A stretch of DNA of 63,954 nt, counting the filler, from Licmophora abbreviata (taxonomy: Eukaryota): assembly GCA_900291995.1 (NCBI GenBank). It is 12 parts of 12 records of this genome, joined end to end, with 100 filler letters (N's around TTAATTAATTAA, not from the genome) between each part and the next. Parts side by side here need not be neighbours in the genome. Positions count along the whole stretch, not along the records: positions 7,607 to 15,697 come from OLMU01001668.1; positions 15,798 to 20,606 come from OLMU01001669.1; positions 20,707 to 23,830 come from OLMU01001670.1; positions 23,931 to 33,145 come from OLMU01001672.1; 8 more parts are not named here. One strand, written 5' to 3'. Position numbers and translations under genes: made by a program. The notes under the pieces were generated by a model. The model was not told the origin of the DNA and ran no database searches. It was given only the letters and a program-made list of their open reading frames with translations. This document shows, in pieces, positions 14,912 through 27,188 of this stretch; positions within the stretch are counted from its first letter, which is position 1, and each line of letters opens with the position of its first letter.

Positions 14912-16804
14912 CTATATCGCTAAATCGGCCTCCTCAACGACCTTCTCAGTCTCATTTGACTGAGTCTCCACGCGAATATTGTCATGATCCATGAAATACC
15001 TTGGCTGCTTGCTCTTTCCAGCGACTTTCGTTTGCTCCACCGCCTCCAGCGGGAATAAATCATAGAACGCCTTCAAAACTGACTTGGAGCGCGCTAATAG
15101 ATCGGGTGGTGTTATCATTGGATCGTCCCCGCCTAATGGGCGGCCTGAAATGATCTTCTTGGAGGAAGGATCGGCCACGCGTTCCTTAATGGTCTTGTAG
15201 AACGAACGCTTGGACGGATCCGGGATGGTCTCGCTTTGAAGGATATCGTCCGGGAGCATCAACGAGTCGATAAGATCGTCGCATGCTTTCTCCGCATCGT
15301 CGTTGCCGATAAAGTCGTCGAGGTAACGGGTTGGCAGTATCTGCACGTCGCCCTCAAAGGGCAACTGCACAAAGAACAAACGGTGGGGGCTAGGCGAATC
15401 GTTTTCAATCAGTGGAAATAATCCTCCTAGCACTGGATCTCCATTCTTCTTCTTCGTGAAGCTACAAATCGCGACGTGTTGGCGACGGTGGAGTCCTTCG
15501 GAAAGGGCGGCGATAGCTGCACAGGCATGCTGAGAGTCGTGCCCCGTGACCCCATAAGCGGGGCCCAACATGTACGAACGCGTGACTTTTGCGACCGGTG
15601 CGTAGCCAATGATCTTGATGCTGACGGGATCAGTATTTTCCTTCAACCCAATCAAATCCATCCCACTTATCGGAACGTAGTCTGAGCCAAAGACAAANNN
15701 NNNNNNNNNNNNNNNNNNNNNNNNNNNNNNNNNNNNNNNNNTTAATTAATTAANNNNNNNNNNNNNNNNNNNNNNNNNNNNNNNNNNNNNNNNNNNNTTC
15801 AACTGGACGGTGATGGCGGGATCGTCCGGGTCGCAGTGGCTAGTGATCGTGTCAATGCGCCCCGAGATTATCTCCCCCGCACCATCTCGCTCCCATTTGC
15901 GCTCCGCATCCAGCTTGACGTAGCATCTCTTCAACGCCGGCAGGGTTTCCTTTCTCAATAGCGTGATATATCGCGCAGGGACCATCAGACCAGGAGCAAT
16001 GTGCAGCTCCACCTTCTTGCGCTGCGATGCCGTCGGCCGATCCCCCAAAGTTGCACTCGCGATTTGTTGCATTGTCGAAGCTGCCCGGACCTCACCTGCC
16101 AGGTGCGCCACAAAACTAACCAAAAAGTTTTCGTTCTTCAGCTTATCAGACGATGGGTGTTCCACAGGTTCGAGTTTGACGCGTTCGTTGCTGGGTATGG
16201 GTTCTTTGAAATCAGCTTCACGGACAAAATCGATGCCGACTACAGTTACTCGACATTCGAGGGTCTTTAAGCTCTGGAATGTGATCCCAAGCTGCTTCTT
16301 GTCAAACTCAAAGCGATGCTCGGCGTCCGTAAAGATGACTATTTTGCGTCTGTATCGCTTGCCAAAAGTCTTCTGGCGGAGAATATCCGCCGCTACGACA
16401 ATTCCATCAAAGAGATCACCTCGTAGCTCCCGGGCACGTTCTGGTGTAGTCGTCTGCACGGCACGAAGGTTTCTCAGCAAAGCCCCAGAAGGTTTCGAAA
16501 CACCAATCTCAGGGAGCACCGTCAGGTTTGGAAACACCTCTCCTTCTTCGTTGTCGTCGTCAGCGTCCATCGCAATATTGTGCCTCGTTTCCTCCGTCTT
16601 GAGTACAACCACCGCTACTTCGTGCGCCTTCGACTTGATCATGAGCTGAGAAATCAAATCTTCAAGCGCTTCCTTGGCGCAGGACAATCTAGTACTGCCC
16701 GATGCTTCTGTTGCCGTTGAGGGATACCGCTTGTTCATCGTCGGGTTCGCGTCGAGAATGAAGACAACAGCATCTTTGGAAGGCGGGCCTTTGGGCGGAG
16801 CCAT
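14912..16804 (-). CDS. KU80: Ku80-like NHEJ DNA end-binding protein (vWA plus Ku core), spans linker 15698-15797
   Basis: vWA motifs AVVFILDANPTM, DLFDGIVVAAD and RKIVIFTD. After the gap come FGSDYVP, LFFVQLPFEGDV and DDLIDSLML of the Ku core. Confidence 0.8.
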
Positions 16805-17202
16805 CCTGGCAATCTATCTGTATTGCAATGAGGAGTCAATCGTTGCTGAGGACAGGCAAAATGAGCAGCGCTTGCAGCAGGCGATATCAGCATGTGATGC
16901 GTGATGCAGATGTTCACATCACCATAGATGGTGTGTGTGTGCTGTGTGTGATTGTTGTGCAACGCCTAACCCGACATGAGAGAGACAGCGCACCGCGGCG
17001 GCCTCTCCCGCCGCAACAGCGCTCCTTCTTATCGAAGCTCGTATATTTTTTTGAATCGATTTTCCCGCTCAACGAAATGGGATGAGGAAGAGAGCCCAAT
17101 TGAACTATCGACATTCGTTATACTGCTATTAACCTATTCACATTCAAACAAAGCGTATGAAGCTCTGCACATACAATCAATTCACAGATATTGCACTGGT
17201 GC

Positions 17203-20200
17203 CTACCTCTTGTAGGGGAAGGTACCACGAGGAAAGTACTTCTTCCTCCACCGACTGCGACGAAGACGGCTGGTATGTTCGGGAGTGATACGACTCACGC
17301 GCTCTCCAATCTTCAGACGAACGTTGGTAAATGTGCCGCACTCAGGAGCTTCCTCCCACGAATCGTATTCCGAGCCAGATTCGTCGTCGTGACGATTCAA
17401 TTCCGTTTCTTCGTTCTCCGACAGGACGCTTCCGCTGTAATCCGAAGGCAACGACGAGGCATCGTCGTTATCGTCAAAGGACGCCGAGGATTCCTCGTCA
17501 TGGCTGCGGCTTCGAGACATTCGGTTGCGGACTTGCCACGTGAGATACCAGTCATCCGCCCATTCTTGTTCTGGAACGCTCGCCATGGGCATTTCCATTG
17601 ACTTTGGATGGGTCACGGGCTCGCGATATTTGTCGTTGCCACGCTTGCGCGTCAAAGAACCAAACCAGTTCCTCGAGAACGAGATGCTCTGCTCATGCAG
17701 AAAGCACTGCTTCACCTCTCGGTGCTCCCACGGCATGGAGTCCAGTCGGCCAGCCTCATCCCCTACAGACGAAAGGTCATACAGAGAATAAACATCGATG
17801 CCCATGTATCCTGGATGTGCGCTCGTTCTCTCCTTGTATTTGGACCGAATAAAGGTTTTGATTGCAGTTCGAAGGCGGTTCCGTCGCCCAGTCCCCCACC
17901 GTGCAATATTTTTCGCCGCAGCCACACCACCGATAGAAGGCAGCTCGTCTGGACTGGGAGCGATCCGATCCTCGGGAGAATCAATGCTCGGCATGTGAGC
18001 TTTCCACGGGTTCTTCCAGTGAAGCGCAACTTGCTGGATCATCCAGGCCTCACTATCAATCCACTTGCGCTCGAGTTCTCGCAGCATAACCGATGGTGTC
18101 ATCGGTACCCGCGCGATGACATCGCTCGGATTCACAGCGCGAGCCTTCGGCGTCGCCTTGAGTTCGCGCGATCGTCTCCCTTCCTCTTGTCGCAACTTTT
18201 TCTCGAGTCTGGCAGATGTGCCACGCTCGTGCTCCTTGCGCAATCGATACTTGGAAGAGGAGTCAAGCGACTTTCTTGAAGAGACTTTCAAGGGCAAGGA
18301 GCCAACTTCTGGCCGTTCAAAAGAGTTGGCCTCTAACTCTTCATACTTTCTAGCATCTTCCTGTCGTGCCCCTTCCACTGTGTTCTCATGGGCTTCCTGA
18401 CTAGGGTCCATCTCCCGTAGGATCGCGGAGGGGGTTGCAGAATATTCGCCATCGTCGTCCTCATCGCTCCTTGTAGCGCTAGAAGCTTTCCTCAACACGT
18501 CGTCTATCGTGGCGTCGCCCGTGGCTTTGAGAGTGCCTTCCCACCAGGGTTTACCTGAGTCTTCGCTTGCCTGTGGCCCAATAGCTTTGCTCAAGTCGGC
18601 ACGATTTGGGTCAAGACCAAGCTCGGCCTCATTCCGCCCCTCCATCTTGAGAAAGAAGGAAATAGCAGGACTAATCTGACCTCCTTCTTCGGATCTCGAG
18701 CCGTCAATAATGGCTTCTTGCACGTAGTTGACTCTCTCGGCATCCTCAGTCCAGTCCGTTCGAACTGCCGCGACTTCATCGAAAGTTGTTGCCGCCAGAA
18801 CAGACTTAGAACTGTGGGTCCTATGGTCGGAAATTTCCGAGGCATTCGAGTTGGCTACAACCCCACCGGGCCCCCAGCTCGCGTCAACAGCTAGATGATT
18901 GAGTCCTTCCACGTCATCCATCGATTCTGTTCGAACTGCCGCGACATCGTCGAAAGTTGCTGTCGGCGGAACAGATTCTACACCATGGGCCCCTCGTTGG
19001 GAAATTTCCGAGGCATTCGAGTTGGTTTCAGCGCCACCGAGCGCCCAGCTCGCGTCAACAGCTAGATCATTGAGTCCTTCCGCGTCATCCGTTGATTCTG
19101 TTCGAACAACCGCGACATCGTCGAAAGTTGCTGTCGGTGGAACAGACTCAACACCTTGTTCCCTGTGTTCAGGAGCGTCCGCGGTATTCGAGTTGTTTAC
19201 TGTGCGACCGAGGCCCCAACTAGCGTCGACAGCAAGATCCTTGAACCATACCGAATCATCGGTAGATTCCGTTCGAACAACCGCTACATCGTCGAAAGTT
19301 GCAGTCGGCGGAACAGGCTCAGCCCTGCGTTGGGAAATTTCCGAGGCATTTGAGTTGGCTACAACGCCACCGAGCGCCCAGCTCGCGTCAACAGCTAGAT
19401 CATTGAGTTCTTCCGCGTCATCCGTCGATTCTGTTCGAACTGCCGCGACATCGTCAAAAGTTGCTGTTGGTGCAACAGACTCAACACCTTGTTCCCTGTG
19501 TTCAGAAGCGTCTGCGGTATTCGAGTTGTTTACTGTGCGACCGAGGCCCCAACTAGCGTCGGCAGCTAGATCATGTGTACGTGTCGAGCTCCAACTCAAG
19601 CTCGATTGCAAAACATGGGGTGCGCTGGTAGTAGGAGAATGATCATGCGATTCGGAACCGTCTCTAACATCCATTACTTGGTCGACGCTGAAAGTGTCCG
19701 TCAAACAAATATTGTTGTCCTCAGCGGACTCGTCCCGAAAAACAGAAGGGTCGAACGTGTCCTGCAAATGCATTGCCTGGTCTTCATCCAACTCGTCTTG
19801 TGAGGCGGAAGAATCGTCCGAGCTCGCCCCGCGCAATGTCATGATCATATCGTCGAGGTTTGATCCCTGATTTAGCTCATCCTTGCCCCATCCAATCTCT
19901 TTGTTGCGACTGCTCTCCTTGCGTCCAGGAGGGTCGAGAGTAGTATTGGACTTTGTAATCGCGTCGATGAACCTCCCTATCTCAACTTGGGTCTCCGGCG
20001 TGACACCCGTATCACTAAGAGACCGCATACCCGACTCTTCACTGCTTGTAATGTATAGATAGCTACTCGTAGGGGCGATCGACATGTTCTTGAGACTGTC
20101 GCGAGTTGCGCTCAGCAAAGTGGTGTTCTTGCCAGTTTCGCCACTACCCCTCTTCGTTCGTCTCGTGACGCCTACAGGCTTTGTTACGTCGGCGTCGGTA

Positions 20201-21223
20201 AAGTTCTCACTTTCCTGTAAAGTCCGTGCGACAGTCTGACCAGAGGAGGATCCAGTAGCATATGCCTTCTTTCCAGAATTGTCGACAGCATGTGCTAGCT
20301 TCTTCCGCTGGTGAAGGGAGTCGATGAATGCACGAACGTCGTCCAGCGTGCCTGGCTCGACGACTCCTCCGTCCGATGATTCTTCCGACAAAGTATTGCT
20401 CATCATTGTGCTCTCAGATTTTTTCGGGATCTTAAGTTGGCCAGTTTTCTGCGCCTCGACAGCCTCCGCGGGTATCGACGACACGACATGCAACGGTGGG
20501 GAACTCGAAGTGAGCGACTCGTGCCGCGTCGGTGACTTCGGTGACTTCGGGGCGCGACTCGCCGTACTAACTGGTTCAGTCGCTCGTGAAGCAAAGATAT
20601 TGAAGANNNNNNNNNNNNNNNNNNNNNNNNNNNNNNNNNNNNNNNNNNNNTTAATTAATTAANNNNNNNNNNNNNNNNNNNNNNNNNNNNNNNNNNNNNN
20701 NNNNNNGATTAGGCGCCTTGCTCTGCTCAGAAGTGGTTGCCGCTGCCGGAGACGTGGGCTCAGGTGACTTGGGCGGCACTTTCCTGGACGTCGCAGCATA
20801 ACCCCTAGACGGCGACAGTCCTTTTGGAGTCAGTGGAGTTCGAGAGAAAGATGCAACCGCTCGAGCCACAGGACGTGGGCGGGTTGAGGTTTTACTGAAA
20901 CTCCCCATTGGAGAATCCGCCTTTGGCGAATACAGCACAGTGCTGTTCCGAGGGGACACTCCGTTCTCATCGTGTGCTGATTTGTGTCCCTCGCCGCCAC
21001 CAGGCTCCTGCTTGGCCCGAACAGTCGCAATGGCAGCCGAAACCGTCAGACGTGAAGGAGGATTCCGTTTGGAATAACTCCTGAAAGCAGCCCTTGCCCT
21101 GGGACTGCGAGGGGACGGCACATGTGCCTTCGCGGATCGTTCTCCTAACTGTCCATCACTTGTTGCCACTGCCTGTCGAAGGGAATCTGTCACTGGACGG
21201 CCTTGGCGGGTTGCAGGCTCCAT
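17203..21223 (-). CDS. Large (>1300 aa) mostly disordered protein with internal tandem repeats and a Trp-rich C-terminal domain; spans linker 20607-20706
   Basis: The 1096-aa ORF is open up to the gap, and the S/P-rich ORF beyond it (ATG 21223) lies on the same strand. The C-terminus EAPECGT...RRSRWRKKYFPRGTFPY looks ordered. Confidence 0.75.
18727..19572 (-). repeat. Coding tandem repeat, 5 units of 171/162 nt (57, 54, 57, 57, 57 aa)
   Basis: Unit DLAVDASW...NSN...PTATFDDVAxVRTESTDD is visible in both DNA and protein, with A-B-A-B-B' subtype order. Confidence 0.95.
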
Positions 21224-21883
21224 TCTCTCGAACCGCTTCAATCGCTATCTTCGGGATGCTAGATCGTTCGCCAAGTAGAGGTTTGGGGAACGTGCCTGTT
21301 TGGACAGCGCGTCGTTAGCGACGTTGAAGGCGACGAGAGAGTCGTGTGAAGGAGCGATGTGATTGCCACTAAGAAAAAAATGGCGATGAATTTTGGGAGC
21401 GAAAAGGCGCGCGCCCGCGAGCGAGCCAGTCGTGAAAAATGGCTATACATAGCGAATAAACATACGATCATTCACATGTATTTAGGCTGTAATATACACA
21501 CAACGGGCGAGATCGCTCTGCGACGTCTCGTCTCCTCATGCGCGGCTCTACTTTCGCTCACATTTTGGTACCCCTCACCCCTGTGTCATATAGTGTCGTC
21601 GGCGCATTTCTGTGCTGGAGTAGATTTTATGAACTAAAGTCCATCTGCCGTTGCACATTTTCTCGTGCACAAGTTTGTGTGGGTGTATCTAGGCGACGAT
21701 CATCAGCCACGACATCCATACAATCGGTGGCCAAATAGACTAAACACGCTTCTAGCTGTAAAGAGGACTATTCAGTAAAAACCGCACCAGAATACAACCA
21801 CAAAAGACGAACCCGCCTATCTAGACATGCGCGATAGATATGAGGCCCTGAGTTCGACCTCTTCTTCCCCCTCCCTTGAAGAC

Positions 21884-23830
21884 TCAGACAAGGCCTTGCC
21901 TTCGGGCTCTTTCCTTGTAAGAGTCGAGCGTACTATCATCTGTCATGGAGTCGAACGTTTGGGAATCAACACCAGTGCGATACGTGTCTTCGTCGTCGGA
22001 TAGTATTTCTTCGTCGTTCCCCACACCACATGTATTCAGAACTTGATCGAGTAGAGACGAATGAGGATTGAGTCTCATGTCTGCCAACGCAGAAACGGTG
22101 CGGCGGGAATTGCCAATTCGCCCATTCTTAGTCCCCACGACATCGTCGCCAGTGGGCGATGTGCAAGACGTAAGCGCACTCAGTAGGGATTTCGCTGGCT
22201 TGGTAGTCACGGTAATATCATCGGCTGTGTCAAGTGTCGAGTCGTTGTCGATCGTCTCGTGATCTGATTCCCAATATTCGATTTCTGGGCCATTCAGAGC
22301 GGACCCAACCGTGTTACCGAGTTGTGTGAAGATTGATGAATCGTACAAGGTCTTGACGACCTTCAAGAAGCGAACAAAGCTAAAGTCGTTGTTGTTCGTC
22401 ATCTGGAAGTGAAGCGACACGATGAAATGTGAGAGTTGGTCGACAGGCTAACAAAAGCGATAGATACGCATCGGTCAGCTCACCTTCGCGGTAGCCGAAG
22501 GACGATCTTTCTTTGTCGACCAAGAATATGGAAGTTCGATAATCATCCCCGTGTCTGAGCAGTCGATGAGGATCGTCACGGTCACACCGTATCGCATTGG
22601 GGCCAACAGTGTCTTGAATATCAAAGTGTCCCGGATCATGCCACTGGTCGCGTAGTCAACCGGTGCGATGATTTCGTCGTAGCTCTCCGCCTCTGAATTG
22701 AACGTGGCATCGAGCACACGACCTCCATGACCGGAAAACTGAACAAAGACGGCATCGCCGGGTTGACTCTGTTCTGACAGCGCCATGAGAGCCGCAGTAA
22801 TGTTCTGATGAGTTGGGTGTTCGTGATCATCATCGTCGATAAGTACCGTCATAAGCTCGCTGGACTCCGGAAATCCCTGGACGTTAACTATGTAGTCCTT
22901 CATCGATCGGATGTCGTCATGGCTTGCCTTGAGCTCGGCGCCATGGATGTTGTCGTAGTTGCAGCCAATGAGAAGCGATCGCTTCTTTCCTGTAGTTGCG
23001 TCAAAGTCGTCTGGGACAAGCGAGAAGGGCTTAGACACGTCAAGCTTGCGCGTGGACGTCACCACGGGCGCCTGCGCATACTCAATCTCCTCAATTTCCG
23101 CCTTCATTTTCCGAATAAGGTCTGCCCACGTTATCGGCGACTCTGCAGATCCGTCGCCGAGGACTAGTGACTCTGAGGTCCGAGTTTGCTGCACACCTTT
23201 TGAATTGAGAGATTCGTCATCATCGTCGTCGTCAAACAGTGCCTCCGTATTTGAAGCATCTCTGGCGGCATCCGCAGCTTCATTGGCTGCGTCGTACAAG
23301 ACCTTTAGCATGGCGTTGCAACACGCTCCACCGAATGATCGCCCTGTACGTGCATAGAAGATTACGTGAGTTCTTGCTTGAATTCAATGCAGAGAAAGTA
23401 AGATCACTATACTGTTCTTCTTACCGGGTTCTTGAGCATTATCCACGGCATTAAATTCTTCCATCGTTGGCAGGTCCCATACACGACCATACTTTGTAAA
23501 AGAGCCACCGATCACCCGAACATCAGCCGGAACAAAGGCAGCACTCTTCTTGGCATACTCCTCTGAAGACAAGGCACTGACAGTCTTTCCAACATCGGGG
23601 TCGTCTCTTCTCGTGAGAGGAAGATTCTGACTGTTGGTCGCGACGACCTGAAGATATGCCATGAGATCAGCCATCGCCAGGTTTACTCTTACATCTTCGT
23701 CCCTGATACCTGGGTGCTGCGGAACAAGGGGGCCGCCCCCCTTCCCAGAGGTATTGTTGGCTGCAGGGGTAACTCCAATATTCATTTCTTTGCTTTCTGT
23801 CGAAATAGGCGAGCCAGTCTCTGTCGTATC
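21884..23830 (-). CDS. Type III (p10-before-p20) metacaspase-like protein, probably 5'-partial; introns 23344..23424 and 22403..22483
   Basis: p10-like ADVRVIGG and GGACCNAMLKVLY precede the p20 motifs KRSLLIGCNY, QPGDAVFVQFSGHG and ILIDCSDTG. Confidence 0.88.
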
Positions 23831-24193
23831 NNNNNNNNNNNNNNNNNNNNNNNNNNNNNNNNNNNNNNNNNNNNTTAATTAATTAANNNNNNNNNNNNNN
23901 NNNNNNNNNNNNNNNNNNNNNNNNNNNNNNTCTCTTTCGCATCGGCTCGCTCGCAAAGAAAGTCACGACGAGATACCCCTCCAAACGGCGTGTCAGCTTA
24001 GAAGGCAAGCGCACACTACAGAATAAAATAGGCACACTGGAAAAGTAGCTGACAGCCAAACTATAGTAGTGATAATGCTGCATTACTGAGTGGTGTCCAA
24101 GGTCTCGCAGAAAAGCAGGGAGAGTACTATGAAAGCCAATGCATCCTATGGTTCATCAGCAGCACATTACAATCGTCATTAGACGCCCTCTTT

Positions 24194-25204
24194 TTATGCT
24201 GTGCTTCCAACCACCTTGTACGTCTTTTTAAGGTCTTCCGTCTCAATTACAAGCCATCCTTCCGAGACACCCGGATTCTGAGGCCTAAATTTGATGATGA
24301 AGTTGACAGGCTCCTTCGACAGTGAGCCTTCCGAGGGATCGACCGTCCAATCCGGGGGAGTGTCGTTCGAAAAGGCTGCACGGAAATCCGCAAAGCCCAT
24401 GAATTCATTCTTGAGAGACATTTCATAAACGACGCCCTGGTTGAGGCGGGCGTTGAGCTCGATGACACCCTCGACCGGATCTGCGGGCTGGACGGGGCCG
24501 AACGTCTGCTCCAAATCGAAATCCTGTTGGTATGAGTCACAGATAAATCAGGAGCAAGCCCGCGACAAGAAAAGGTGAGAGAGTCACGTCTCATGCACTA
24601 TGATTTCAAAGCAGAAAGGTTAACATTCATCACTTACCTGGGTTCGCTCAATGCCAAAACTGGAAAGCATTCTCCAGTTGTCGTCTGACACCTGATCAAA
24701 GTTGTCCGTCATTCCTTGATGCTGAATACGGCTGTCCCGCAGTTCTTGCTGATTTTTCCAGTTCTCAATCTGTTGCGCTCGCGCCGTATCCACACCCTTC
24801 TCTCGAAGCTCCTCAGAGTATCCTGTGGAAGTGCCCCAAGCATTCTTTGCTGACATTGTCTTCGACTTGGCCAATTGCGGCTGCACGTCACTCCCGAATT
24901 TCTCCAGTCCTTTATTGCCGTCTCCAGCAACTCCCATCTGACCATCACCTCCATCGAACTCATCGAAATCCACAAATCCCTTCCAGTCTCCTACACCGTA
25001 TCGGTCCTGTTTCTCTTTGGACAAATTCGTCTCTTCTTTCGAGTCATTGAGATCCGGATTGTCGACAGGACGATTCAACTCGTTTGAGAGGTCGTCCAAG
25101 TATCCACGCGCGATCACGCGAGAGTGGACGCGCCTCGTGAAGGGGACAAAGGCGGCATTGGCACCAGTGATGGCGAGTAGCAAAGCGGCTGTCGTGAACT
25201 TCAT
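24194..25204 (-). CDS. Putative plastid-targeted protein of unknown function with a C-terminal beta-rich (Ig/MSP-like) domain; intron 24524..24637
   Basis: Bipartite leader MKFTTAALLLAITGANA-AFVP followed by an Arg-rich transit peptide. The GTAAGT..AACAG intron joins ERTQ|DFDLEQ. Confidence 0.75.
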
Positions 25205-25441
25205 GGTCGTGATCTTCTGTGATGTGTGGCGCTTGGAAAAGATCTTGGAGACATCAGTTCGAGGAACCAGCATCACAGTACATTTCTACGGCTGTTCTAC
25301 GTGATGTCATAGGCTTCGGTTTTGAAATCCGGGTCATGGAATGGGGAGTTTCAAAGCTGTGCATGTTGAATGTTGTGCCTGATGACATTCCATTGACTTC
25401 GACTCGCATCCACTTTTATGCAAAAGAGCGAAGACAAACTG

Positions 25442-26810
25442 ATGACCATGGCGACCGACGGCGAAAGCATGGACGTGGATACACCACCGGAAACAGCGAA
25501 GACTCCCGAAGGAGGTCAGCCATCGGCTTCTTCCGAGACGGCCGCGAAGTATCCGGACATGGCGCTGGCGCAAAAGATCCATCGTCTCGCGGTGGCCAAG
25601 CTTGACGAGGAGGGAGCGGCTGCTGTGGGCATCCCCGAGGATTTGCAAGCGCGTGTCATGACGCAAGTCGGAGAAGAATTGGAAAATCCCACTCTCTATC
25701 GTCATCTCATATCTCTCCTACCCTATAAAGATGGAATTTCGAAAGGCACGCTGGAAGAAATGGAGGAAAAGTACAAGACGACTGTGGAGGATCTTGAGAA
25801 GAAAGTCGAGGAAGCCAGGGAGTCTGCCGGTGACATGGAAGTCTTGGAGGCCCGATTGGAGATTGCTCGCTTTGCGGCGAAGAGTTTGAGCAAGGAGGCA
25901 GCGCTTGACTCGTACGAAAAGGTGCTAGATTTGCCCAAGTTGAGCAGCGGCAAGAAGATTGATGCTCTCATGGACAGCTCGCGCGTTGCCTCGTTCTATG
26001 GCGATACGGCAAAGAATGACGAACTGATCGAACGGGTGAGTACCAAGTGACAGAAGATACTCTCTTTGTCTTGAATATTATTTTCACCTTCTTCTCACGT
26101 CATCAAAACCCTATCCATTCCAATTGTAGGCTTCCAAACTCGCCGAAGACGGAGGCGATTGGGATCGTCGCAATCGTCTCAAGGTGTATCGGGCAGTTTC
26201 GAAGCTACTTGCTCGCGACGTCAAGGAAGCTGCGTCACTCCTCATTGACTGCGTTGCTACTTTCTCGTGTAACGAACTGTGCTCCTACGCGGAATTCATC
26301 GTCTACACTATCATTGCCAACATTTTGTACCTTCCTCGTCCTGAACTAAAGGAAAAGATCATCGACGGATCTGACATTTTATCAGTTTCCAGCGATATTC
26401 CAGTGCCCATGCGACTCGTCAAGGCTCTGTACGACTGCAACTACAAGGCGTACTTACATGCCATGGTGGATGTGCAAGCCGTTCTGGAGGCCGACCGCTT
26501 CCTACAGCCGCATGCTGGCTTTCTCATGCGTGAACTGCACGTCCTTGGCTACAAGCAATTCTTGGATTCGTACAAGTCCGTCACGCTCGAGTCTATGGCT
26601 GAGTCATTTGGTGTGAGTGTCGAATTTTTGGACTTGCAGCTCAGTCGATTTATTGCAGCTGGAAGACTGACGGCCAAGATTGACAAGTTCGGTGGTGTCG
26701 TCGAAACGAATCGACCCGATCTCAAGAATGCGCAGTACCGAGACATGATTCAACACGGTGATCTCTTGCTCAATCGAATTCAGAAGCTGTCGCGTGTGGT
26801 TGACTTGTAG
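25442..26810 (+). CDS. RPN7: 26S proteasome lid subunit RPN7 (PSMD6); intron 26036..26129
   Basis: Splicing gives GGDWDRRNRLKVY. The PCI domain C-terminus reads KIDKFGGVVETNRPD...GDLLLNRIQKLSRV. Confidence 0.97.
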
Positions 26811-27188
26811 TAGCGTAAGATGGGATTAGCTTTGATACGACAAGCCTTAGCTAGATTATCTGATGGAGCAGGCGCGTCGTACACCTAACCGACCCATTCG
26901 AGAATGAAAATGGTAATCGCACGAATCCGGACTCCATCGGCAATCCACTCCCAAATTCTGGGAAGTGCCCGCGTTCTCGAATGCGAACACCCAAACGAAC
27001 ACAATGTCAACGGACAATTTGAACCGCGGCCTACGTACATGGCATACTGAAATGTTCGTGTCTGTATATCGAGGACCACGAGATGGCTTCATGAAAAGTG
27101 GCGCGGCAATCATCGCCGATGTGATTTTGTTGCCACGAAGGACCGTGTCTTTGTGCTCTTGACATTTATTTTGGAAGCTTATCTCACA

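Noticed and set aside
15963..16649. Long antisense or overlapping ORFs (e.g. 15963..16649, 2603..3322, 6667..7395, 18899..19642, 48962..49813)
   Set aside because: They are shadows of well-supported genes on the opposite strand and show no recognisable motifs.
18727..19572. Repeat array as CRISPR or a mobile element
   Set aside because: Units are 162-171 nt, in frame and without unique spacers, and no cas or transposase genes are present. It is a coding repeat.
21841..21865. GTTCGA T-loop-like motif suggesting a tRNA
   Set aside because: No acceptor, D or anticodon stems could be formed.
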